Source: Psammoneis japonica
Lineage: Eukaryota
Direction of reading: 5' to 3'
Assembly (NCBI GenBank): GCA_008632985.1
Contig: QPGO01000103.1
Coordinates: forward strand, 245,718-265,717
DNA: 20,000 nt
Position 1 is the first letter of the stretch, and every line of letters begins with the position of its first letter. Below, piece by piece: positions 9,781 to 18,760 of this stretch. The position numbers and the translations under genes are program-made. The notes under the pieces were generated by a model, which searched no databases, was not told where the DNA came from, and worked only from the letters and a program-made list of their open reading frames with translations.

Positions 9781-10770
9781 GTTGACCTTCTAGAGCACAA
9801 CTTGGAGAATTGGTTCATGGAGAAGGCCACAGTCTTTGTAAAATTTGGCATTGCTGCTGGGGACCAGCAAGATGACCCCTGTTCTTTTTCTTCCTCAGTG
9901 GTTGGTTGCCCCTCTGCTCTCATTTGAGAAGATCAATGTGGGGCCCAGATGGCGCCAATGGACTTCCAACAAGGCCCGTGCCAGCCAGTGCCAACACAAA
10001 GACATTTTTTGACTTCACAATTGTCTTGCCCCACTTGAAATGAGCACCATGCATGAGACATCACCTCTCCTCATTGATTGAGCATGAGAAACATCTCTTT
10101 TGACTCCTGCAAGGTGTGTGACAAAATGGAAAGTGATTTCCTGCAAGCTCTTCATCTGGCTTCCACTGGTTGTCAGCACAAATTCAGAGCCAACAGGCGT
10201 GTTCAAGAGTTTCTGAGATTTCCTTCAAGCTCTTCATCTGGCTTCCACTGGTTGTCAGCACAAATGCACAACCAACAGGCATTTTCATGATGCACCTGCA
10301 ATTCAGCGGCGTGGTGTTCAACAGCAAGCACAAAGGAAGTCACCACCCCCCACCAATGGGAAACAAATGTGCCAGGTTTGCGTTTGACTGAACTGACCAC
10401 CACCAGCTCAGTCCATGAACAGGACAGCTCCTTGGGAATGATTTTCTTCAATGCCAGCTCATTCATGTGATGCTGGTTCACATCAAACCAAAAAAATTGA
10501 CTGCTCTCGTTCTTCAAAAGCCCCACTTTGCCCAGCTGCTTTGTGCAGTCCCGAAGTTGGCACAGCTGACAGAGCATCATGACACATCCCCAGTTGCTTG
10601 GAATGTCCTGAGGTTGGGGTGCATTTGTTGCTGAAAGTGACAGCGTAATCCTTGACTTCTCGCCAAGGTGCCGGCATCGCTTGATCGGACAAGATCATTG
10701 TGTTGGCGACAACGCGAAAGGCGAGCGCAGCTCCGCGCCTCACGAGTTCCGAGAGTCGAATGAATCATTG
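9780..10770 (-). pseudogene. Decayed gene with a HET/TIR-like module of the FVSHWW...WxCAxxNQW...RxWCxFE type
   Basis: ORF 10203..10580 reads LCQL...NQHHMNEL..KKIIP..SCSWTELV...PGTFVSHWWG...EHH...ACWLCICADNQWK..EEL..NL. In another frame downstream it reads LQESKEMFLMLN..GEVMSHAWCSF (~10030-10110). The motif order matches my recollection of an expanded uncharacterised algal/protist family. Boundaries are approximate. Confidence 0.55.
10135..10282. repeat. Local direct duplication with 82-bp period
   Basis: caagctcttcatctggcttccactggttgtcagcacaaat occurs identically at 10144-10183 and 10226-10265, with similar flanks (gatttcct on the left, ccaacaggc on the right). Confidence 0.9.
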
Positions 10771-10927
10771 GATCTAATGCAGACAGATACTTTACTGTAG
10801 TTTGACAACTCTCATGACAGCTGCGTCTCCTCTCTAAACTAGAGCATCCACTCAATCAAACCATTCTATTTCATTAGAAAGATCAACAAAATACAATCGG
10901 GGAAACCCCAAGCTGCAGAATCAGCAA

Positions 10928-12199
10928 TTACGAAGTGCTGGCGTAAGCCATGTGCGCCCGGTGCGTCTCTTGCTCTAGTTTCCGCCCCATGAGTGTTTTG
11001 ACAGCCTCCTCGGGTGTCAAGGTTTGGTGAATAAGAGCATGGACGACTCGAAAGATTGGTAGTTCCAGTCCACACATGTCGGCGTAGGCAACGGCAACAT
11101 CGGCGGTAGGAACTCCTTCCACAGTGTAGTCCTTTTCAATGTCAGCCACCGCTTCTCCTTTGATGAGACGTTGTCCACACCGCTGGTTGCGACTCTGTGA
11201 GGAAAAGCACGTTAACATCAAGTCTCCAATGCCCGACAAACCATCAATTGTGCTAGGATTACCTCCCATGGCGATGCATAAGTCGCACAGCTCTCGACTG
11301 GCGCGAGTGACACAAGCCGACAACGTGTTTGTTCCAAAACCCATACCAGCCACCATTCCAGCACCGACGGCTAGAGGATTTTTAAGAGCACCACCAAGCT
11401 GTACACCAATTGGATCTTGTGATGTGTATACCCGAAATGAATTGGAGTTGCTCATGATCTTTTGCATCTTGACCGCGAGAAATAGCTGATCCGATGCTAC
11501 AACGACTGCGGTTGGAAATCCTTTTACAACTTCCTCGGCAAAGCTAGGGCCGCTGAGGAAAGCCAAAGGCTGCTGTGCTCTATCCAATGCGTCAAGAATA
11601 GCATGCCCAATCAACTGCTTAGTAGGCAGATAGAGGCCCTTGGCGGTACTGCAGAGTAGCACGTCCGGTGGGATCAAATCCCGGTGCTCCTTGATCCAAG
11701 AGGGCGTCTTTTGGCACGGTAAAGCCAGAATCGCCACGACTCCCGGAGATTGAAATTCCTCCTTCAAGTCGTTTGTCGAACAAATACCACGAATAGTACC
11801 CGACAACTCGTTGAATTTGTATGTTGATAGATACTTTGAATTGTATCCTTCTTGATTCATGGTTTCACACTGTTTTGCATCACGCATAAACATGACCACC
11901 TCGTGACCATTGTTGGCTGCCGTATAAGCCATGGCTGTTCCATAGCTTCCTGCTCCAATAACGAGAACTTTTTGTTTGCTTCCGTTTTTGTGTACAATCT
12001 CCATCACTGGACCCAAAGCGGCACGTTGCCCCTGCTTGAGGTGCTTCTGTACGCGACTGCAGGCATGACGGAGACGTTCACGATCGCGAAGTCTCAGCAA
12101 GTACGTTGCACATCCCACACCTCCTGCAAAGGCGATAGAGACGCTCAAACCCAGTACAATATGAAAACTGTGGTTGTTTGTAGTGGATGACATCAACAT
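10928..12199 (-). CDS. gpsA: NAD(P)H-dependent glycerol-3-phosphate dehydrogenase (GpsA-type) with N-terminal hydrophobic extension
   Basis: 423-aa intact ORF. Motifs: Rossmann VLVIGAGSYGTA, STAKGL, LSGPSFAEEV, GGALKN, GLSGIGDLMLTCFSSQSRN, VEGVPT. Normal dinucleotide composition. Confidence 0.95.
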   Translation of the reverse strand: MLMSSTTNNHSFHIVLGLSVSIAFAGGVGCATYLLRLRDRERLRHACSRVQKHLKQGQRAALGPVMEIVHKNGSKQKVLVIGAGSYGTAMAYTAANNGHEVVMFMRDAKQCETMNQEGYNSKYLSTYKFNELSGTIRGICSTNDLKEEFQSPGVVAILALPCQKTPSWIKEHRDLIPPDVLLCSTAKGLYLPTKQLIGHAILDALDRAQQPLAFLSGPSFAEEVVKGFPTAVVVASDQLFLAVKMQKIMSNSNSFRVYTSQDPIGVQLGGALKNPLAVGAGMVAGMGFGTNTLSACVTRASRELCDLCIAMGGNPSTIDGLSGIGDLMLTCFSSQSRNQRCGQRLIKGEAVADIEKDYTVEGVPTADVAVAYADMCGLELPIFRVVHALIHQTLTPEEAVKTLMGRKLEQETHRAHMAYASTS

Positions 12200-12512
12200 T
12201 GTACCGATAGTCTACTAGCAACGTCGAGGAGAAGCATCACAATGAGGAAATGATGATTTTCGAAAATCGCAAATCGCAAAAAATCAAAATCTGACATGGG
12301 GTTCGCACGTGACGTCATATTTTAACAAAGGGATAGACAGACGGACGTTGAGCGCAAATCACGAATAAATCGACCATGATGAATAATCCGGAGACGAAAC
12401 AAGAAACAATCGCTTTTTCTGGGTTATTTTCTTTAAGCCCGTCACTTCGGTGTTGTCAGGGTTTCTGGCTGAGCGATTTTGTGACGAGTGACGCGATAAA
12501 TAAACAGCAAGA
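12200..12512. promoter_or_regulatory. Probable bidirectional promoter between head-to-head GPDH and AAA ATPase genes
   Basis: 313 bp between divergent start codons. Overlapping CACGTG (12306-12311) and TGACGTCA (12310-12317) palindromes. Confidence 0.45.
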
Positions 12513-14139
12513 ATGGAATCATCGATTTTTCCGCCCAACACAGACGAGAAGCAGCTACCCTTGATCAAGAGCTTGTCGTCGTCGTCGTCGTCGTCAAGCT
12601 CGGGCAGTGACAGTACCGGGAGCTATGAGTCCGCAAACGAAGAAGAATGGAGACGAAAAAAGTGGACCGAACTCGTGATCTCCTGGTTACGGAAAGGGGA
12701 TGAAACACAACACTCTGAAAAAGAAAAGGAACGACGTAAAAAGATGCTTGCCCTTGCCGCAGTTACAACCGTATTATTGATTTGGTTGAGGAAAAAACGA
12801 AAAGGCGGCTTACTACAAACAATATTACCCGCGGTACTAAGCAGTGTAACAAAATCTAAGTCGGTGAATGAGTATCCTGGACGAAATGCGAAGGAAGCAC
12901 CGCTTTCACTGCTTTTGACGGCAGCCAAAAAGGGCCAGATTCTTCGTGCTCGCTTAATGGGTTCGGCCGTAGCCTTCCAGATCCAAGATGGTACATGGAG
13001 GCGTGCGACTGTACCAAAACAGAATCCATCCTTTCAATCCACACTGGTGGAAACGCTTGCTCAAGGAGGGTGTTTGGACGTGGCGGCTGTTCCAGAATCA
13101 ATTTGGTCTCGACTCGCAACTCCCGCTATTGCTGCCCTCCCGTTTGTCTATTTGGCTCTTCTTTACAAAATGATGCGCAATCTACATGACAATACCGACC
13201 CTGTCCGAACCCATGGCAGGGATGCATCGGCTCGTGTCACGTTTCAGGACGTTGCGGGGTTGGACTCGGTCGTGATGGAAGTATCCGAGGTTGTCAGCTA
13301 TCTGGACAACCCCACTGCCTATCATGGAGTGGGAGCTCGTGCTCCACGGGGTATTCTCTTGTATGGACCACCAGGATCAGGCAAGACATTACTGGCCCGT
13401 GCAGTGGCTGGAGAAGCTCAATGTGAGGTATTCATGGCATGCAGCGGAAGTGACTTTGTGGAGAGCTACGTGGGACGAGGAGCTGCCCGCATACGTTCCC
13501 TGTTTGACCGGGCACGTGCTCAAGCGAGGGGTAACGATAAGAATGGTTGGTTAGACTTTCCATGGCGATTCTCTTCAAAGACGACAAGACTGTCCCCAGT
13601 GGTAGAAAGCCGTCTGCCGTTGTATTTATGGATGAAATCGATGCTATAGCCAAGTCAAGATCTGGAGTTGGGGATTGGCCAGCAACGATGAACGGGATCA
13701 TACTCTTAATCAGCTCTTGACGGAAATCGATGGCTTTGCATCCAACGAAGATATCACACTGATTTTCATTGCGGCCACAAACCGCGCCGATGTGCTGGAT
13801 CCCGCAATCCTGCGACGATTTGATCGACGTGTCCATGTGGGGTATCCTGACCAAGAAGGACGGCGTGCCATTCTGGAAATACACGTACGAAACATTCACC
13901 ATGGACACTGTTTAGATCTTGATCAGTTGGCGTCTGATCGAATGACAGCGGGATTCTCGGGCGCTGATCTTCGCAATGTCGTAAATGAAGCTGCGCTCTT
14001 AGCTGTTCGAGAGAAAAGCGCAATCGTGCAACAAAGTCATTTGCTGCATGCGGCACGACGAGTCAAGCAAATGAAAACAAATCTCAGTCACAACGATACG
14101 GATGTTATCCTTTCGAATCTCCCGCCGGGATTGCGATGA
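12513..14139 (+). CDS. FtsH-like membrane AAA+ ATPase lacking the M41 protease domain; split over three frames in this sequence
   Basis: Two hydrophobic segments, [33 protein letters not shown] (Walker A) and [21 protein letters not shown] in ORF 12513..13649. Walker [14 protein letters not shown] is at ~13616-13654 in a second frame. [38 protein letters not shown] and [18 protein letters not shown] are in ORF 13675..14139. The stop comes right after the AAA lid, with no HExxH. Confidence 0.85.
12575..12595 (+). repeat. (TCG)n microsatellite encoding poly-Ser
   Basis: gtcgtcgtcgtcgtcgtcgtc in the N-terminal part of the AAA ATPase ORF. Confidence 0.8.
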
Positions 14140-14218
14140 CAAGCGACGACAGTCTTCTGGCGAAAGTACATGAACAATTTCTGCCGAACAATACGATGAC
14201 AATCTATGAAAATTAACG

Positions 14219-15808
14219 TTATGACCGACTCTTGCTTCTACGATTACTGCTCCTTTTGCGACTTCCACTTCTATAAGAGCTTCTGCCATTGGTAGCCTTA
14301 GATTCACCATCATTTGACCATCCGTTGCTTCCTCGGCCCCGTGTCCTCCTGTAGCTACGCGGTGGGCTTGAAGTTCGTCCATTTTCTCCTTGACCCCACG
14401 ATTTGCGTCGGCCATTCGGTCGACCACCTCTACTAGGCGGACTGCGACTGTTGCTTCTTGTAAATCGATGCGGACTCCAAGACCGTTCCCGATGATAGCC
14501 ATTTTCTCTTCGATGTGGCGAACGGCTACGGCTTCTTGAACGGTCGCGTCGACCGTTCTCTCTGCCCCATTGAGGGGACGAGGATCGATCATGGGGTGGA
14601 TCATCGTCGTAAAGGAATCCATTTCTGACATACCCCGCGGAATCTCCACCGATAGAGACCCCATTCTGATGGAAACGCTTCAACGGTAGATTCATGTATC
14701 GTCCTTGATATCGTCGTACGCCTCTACCCTTGTACACGGTTCCTCCCGGACTTGTCCGTCCATTGGTTTGAGAGGATGAAGCGTCGGCTTGAATCAGTGG
14801 GTTGGACATTGCTTTATCCTGTTCTGAAACATTGTCGTTCTTCTTCTCTTCATCTTCCACGGGATCTGCTTGGCTGCTGTGAATAGAATGACACTCAACA
14901 CTCTCAGCTAGAGATCCGCCACAATCATCTGTATCCACATGTGCAACAACATCACTACTTGCCACCGATCGCTGAGAACCAAAGGACCGGACCGATCCAG
15001 CACGAGATGAGGACCCTCCAAAAGACCGTTCTCCTGGTTGGTGCTGCTGAAGAAGGAGGGACCTTGAAAGTGGCGGCCCCATGTCATTCATGGGGATGGC
15101 CAATGTAGGCCTTAGGGTCGGAGAAGCACGAGCGTTTGGTAGTGGCATGAGCGGTACCTGCTGTGGTCGGGGATGCATGTTTCCAGCGGATAAACCAAGC
15201 GAGGGAGCAAACTCCACTGAACGAGGTGTACCAATACTGCCACTGTTGGATCGTCGAAGACTACTGCCTCCTCCAGGGTTCAGGGTTCCACCCAGGGATG
15301 ATATTCTCTCTGATGTAGGCGTCTGAGGCACATTCATTTCCGCAGATAAGACGCTTGCTACATCGATATCGTCCACGACACTACCAGAGCACACAGTCGC
15401 AATGTCACTCTTGGCCGCTTCACTCGTGGCATAAGACATTGCTGTAGGAAACCGTGTTTCAGAGTTCATAATGTGAGAAGCTCGGAAAAACGAACGATGA
15501 GCGTAGCGTTCTTCAGATCCGGTAGAACCAACCGAACGCATTGACGAAGCGTGTCCCGTAGCACTGTTTGGAGCACCATCACTGAGTGCACCAGATGAAT
15601 GGTATCCCGAGTTGTCGCTCGTGTAATGATGGGACGATAAGGATCGAGAATGGTCCAGAGTCAACGTTTCTGGAGGCCGTTCGTTGCTTCTCCATTTTGG
15701 CGGGGGAGAGGAACGAGGCTCCGATGCACTATCATCATGATGATCTCGTTCGACCCATTCTCGTGCTGGTGATGATCTTTGACCATCATTGGACAGGGGC
15801 TTGTCCAT
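14219..15808 (-). CDS. Uncharacterised Ser-rich, probably disordered protein with C-terminal RS/RG-rich tail
   Basis: 529-aa intact ORF with normal composition. One non-low-complexity island, GRTSPGGTVYKGRGVRRYQGRYMNLPLKRFHQNG, is followed by RSRSRSRSP-type repeats. Convergent with the AAA gene, 79 bp apart. Confidence 0.8.
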   Translation of the reverse strand: MDKPLSNDGQRSSPAREWVERDHHDDSASEPRSSPPPKWRSNERPPETLTLDHSRSLSSHHYTSDNSGYHSSGALSDGAPNSATGHASSMRSVGSTGSEERYAHRSFFRASHIMNSETRFPTAMSYATSEAAKSDIATVCSGSVVDDIDVASVLSAEMNVPQTPTSERISSLGGTLNPGGGSSLRRSNSGSIGTPRSVEFAPSLGLSAGNMHPRPQQVPLMPLPNARASPTLRPTLAIPMNDMGPPLSRSLLLQQHQPGERSFGGSSSRAGSVRSFGSQRSVASSDVVAHVDTDDCGGSLAESVECHSIHSSQADPVEDEEKKNDNVSEQDKAMSNPLIQADASSSQTNGRTSPGGTVYKGRGVRRYQGRYMNLPLKRFHQNGVSIGGDSAGYVRNGFLYDDDPPHDRSSSPQWGRENGRRDRSRSRSRSPHRRENGYHRERSWSPHRFTRSNSRSPPSRGGRPNGRRKSWGQGENGRTSSPPRSYRRTRGRGSNGWSNDGESKATNGRSSYRSGSRKRSSNRRSKSRS

Positions 15809-16329
15809 TACAAAACGGCAACAGAGTTATGGGAGAAACAACAGTGTTCAGAAGTCGGAAGATCTTTCGTTTCTTAGGAACTTCTAAACGCTCAGGCGTT
15901 TCAAGCTCAAAATTTTACCGCTTTTCCCCTCCGCTGTCTTCCAGCTTTGGCTGTAGGGCTTAACGCTTTGCAATTAAAAAAGGAAGATCAACGACAGTTG
16001 TCATTTAAATCTATCTATTCACAGAGCAACAACAACTATGAGCCATGAGATGGGGGGAACTCCATGTAGTACGGTAACATACACTCCCAACTGGGAGGTC
16101 TCTGGGTAGCCTAACATAGTGAAACTCCAACCTACCTGGGGCCTGGGCGGGTGCAGAACTCGCAGACCACGAAGACATGTGTTTCCCTACTTAGGACTTG
16201 AAAACGTGATGACGAACCCTTTCTAATTAAATAATGCCGTCGTCCTACGTCATTGGTGTCCTTAACCCTTTTTAGACATGCGCACTTGAATAATGACGTC
16301 AACAACCATTTCCATTAATTGTGAAACGT

Positions 16330-18760
16330 CGCATTGACGTCGGGGGTTCTGAAATCCGCCACACAACACAAAATGATGACGAACAAGGTTTGTTGAACAA
16401 CAGCAGGTGGTGAGTCGCAACACCACATGTCCACCACCAGCAGTGTGTTGCATGACACCAGCCACAACAGGAGAGCAGGTGGCCAAAGAATGCAAGCAAC
16501 ATCATTTGTTCAGCACTTCCACCGCACTTGGAAGAGCCATCTCTTTGTCTGACAGCAAGAAAGAAAAAGAGACGCTCGGTGAGAACGCCACTGCTGCTGC
16601 GTGGCTGCGCAGACCCTGCTTGCACGCATCACTTTCTTGTTGCAAGTGTGCCACACAACCAAAAGCTGCTGCCTGCACCATGCCAGCTATGGTGAGAGCT
16701 TTGCAGACCAGCAAAAGACAAAAAATGTGTGGGTGGTGGCAGCTGCCACTTTTGTTGTCTGTGTGGAAGCACCCCACAACTTTTTGACAAAAGATTGAAA
16801 AACACAGCAGACTTTAATCAGCAGAGAGATTTAGCATTGTGGGGTGAGCTGCCATTGCCGCAAATGGCAAAGCACCCTTTGGGCTGCCTGATTGTTGGGA
16901 ATGGTGTGGCGCAGCATTGTGCGCCAAGTGTGCACTCTCTCCCAATGCTTGCTTCTGGAGCAGTGTGCAGCGACTCATGAGCAACTTGACCACATTGACA
17001 GCACATTTGGTGCCTGGCTCCTTGTTGTTGTCAAGTGCACTGTTCAACAAAAATTGCGCAAGTTTCTTGGGTGTGTGGGCGCAGCTGCAGCAATTTCAGA
17101 ATTGTTGGAGCACCAGTGCAGCAAGCCAGGCAACACCTCCATCCTCCAAAGTCCAAAACAGCTGTGCACATGTGGTCAACAGTCAATTGTGTGAGATCTT
17201 GGTGCCAACAAAACCACTTCTTTCTTGAGACCTTGCAAGACAGAACACACAGCTCTTGATGGTGGCCAGCACTCCTCCTTCATTGTGGAGCAACCCAAGA
17301 GAGTCTGTTGCAGCAGCAGCCAGTCATCTGCATGTCTGGGTCACCTGTCTTTGTTGCTCTTAGAGCCCCTTGGGATGGCACTGATGTGCTGAGTGCCCCA
17401 CAACTTGTTGACTTGCTTGACTTGCACAAGCCGCCCAGCAGCCGCAGCATTTGTGCTGGCAGCTCAGCTGAGACCTTGCAGCAGTTGCTTGCCTGGAGCC
17501 CCCTTTTGCTGATTTTGGGAGCTGGGGCTGCTTGTGATGGTGTGAAGCCTCCTGCCTGGCCAGTGCAGCAGCGTTTTTGCAGCAGGAGACTCTTGCAGCA
17601 TGCTGGAGCCTTGAGAGCCCACAAAGGACTCCAGACCTGTGAACAAAAGGCCACATGATGATGTGCCCTCTTGGCAGTGCCCTGGTGGTGAGTGGTCACA
17701 TTGGAGGCTTCTCCAGCAGCCTGACAAGGCCATGACCCTTCCTTGCAAGGTGAAACCAGAGGGTTTGCTCTTGAGATCCAAGTCACCAAGAAGCAGCATT
17801 CCTTGACTGCTTTGCTCATCTCAGCAGCCCTTGCAACAATGTGCTGCTTGCAGTGTGCTGACAACCAAAAGGAAAAATGACAGGATTTCAGGGCTGCCAG
17901 CTGGGCAAGTCTTCACAGCCAAGGAGCAGATGGCATCTCAAGCTGCTGGCACATGAGTCTTTGTTGTGATCAAACAACGCAGGGCAAGAGGAACTTTCTT
18001 GCTTTGTTTGTCCCTTTCTTCTGGCACCTCCATTGCATGGACCAGCCTCTCTCTTCCTTTTGACCAAGGAGTGCATGCCAGCAAAGGCAAGGGAGCATTT
18101 TAAGGCCTTGGCCTTCTTGCTCAAGTCTCGCAGATTATTTTGGCTCTGGCACTTGACACTGGGTGCCTGCCAAGCTTGTTGAGCAAGGGAAGGGTGCCCA
18201 AGAGAGAGGAAGAGCAATGCGTGGAAAGACCATGCAAGAAAGCCTGCACCTGACAACAACAGCTTCAACAAAATGACATTGCTTGGAGAACTTGGCACCC
18301 TGGTGCACCAGACAACAAGGTGGAGGCAGTGGAGAAGGAGGAGTGCAAGGAACTGTGGCGTGAGCATCTTGATCAAACTTGGGTGGCAAGAGGACAGCCA
18401 CACAAGCTGCAGGAGGAGCCAGAGGGCCAGGAGGGGACGGAGGTGCCGGTGAGCTGCAACGTGCAAAGCAATGGTGTTCAGTGCACAGCACTGAGATGCT
18501 GATGGTCCACCAACCTCCAGGCAACTGCAAATTCCAGCAGCCAAGAGCAGAGCATGGAGCACTGCTGGGGAGGCAAAGGGGCAAGACAAGGCTTGCCTGT
18601 GCAAGCTTGTTGCCAAGAATGACACAGGTGAGTGTGACCTCACTGATGAGGCCTTTCTTTGATCCCAGCAGTGATCACCCAGTGCCCATGGAGGTGAATG
18701 CGAAACTGTTGGAGCAAGGAGTGGTGCTGTTTGGGTCCAAGAAACACAGCAAGAACTCAC
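16330..18760. other. Second hypermutated domain (TpA-free, CpG-poor) with unidentifiable coding relics
   Basis: Only about six TA dinucleotides seen (16688, 16815, 16832, 17361, 18101, 18136), with TG/CA excess and overlapping C/H/Q-rich ORFs. Confidence 0.8.

Noticed and set aside
5340..10200. Dozens of overlapping 60-220 aa ORFs in all six frames
   Set aside because: Loss of TA removes TAA and TAG stops, which inflates spurious ORFs. The translations are C/H/Q/W-rich with no recognisable domains.
1..10650. Classical fungal RIP or plain CpG methylation decay as the full explanation of the composition
   Set aside because: RIP increases TpA and AT content, the opposite of what is seen. CpG decay explains CG loss and TGA stops but cannot remove TA or convert Tyr to His/Cys.
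13531..13599. 69-nt GT..CAG intron in the AAA gene
   Set aside because: Its length is a multiple of 3, so it does not join the Walker A frame to the Walker B frame.
16128..16200. Faint U1 snRNA resemblance (cctacctgg ... gaccacgaag ... tttccc)
   Set aside because: The 5' end is not ACTTACCTG, the stem around the loop does not pair and there is no Sm site at the expected distance. An Infernal/Rfam search would settle it.
16262..16275. TTAACCCT resembling a piggyBac left end at the edge of the mutated block
   Set aside because: No matching right end (AGGGTTAA or a mutated version) and no piggyBac transposase motifs found in the window.
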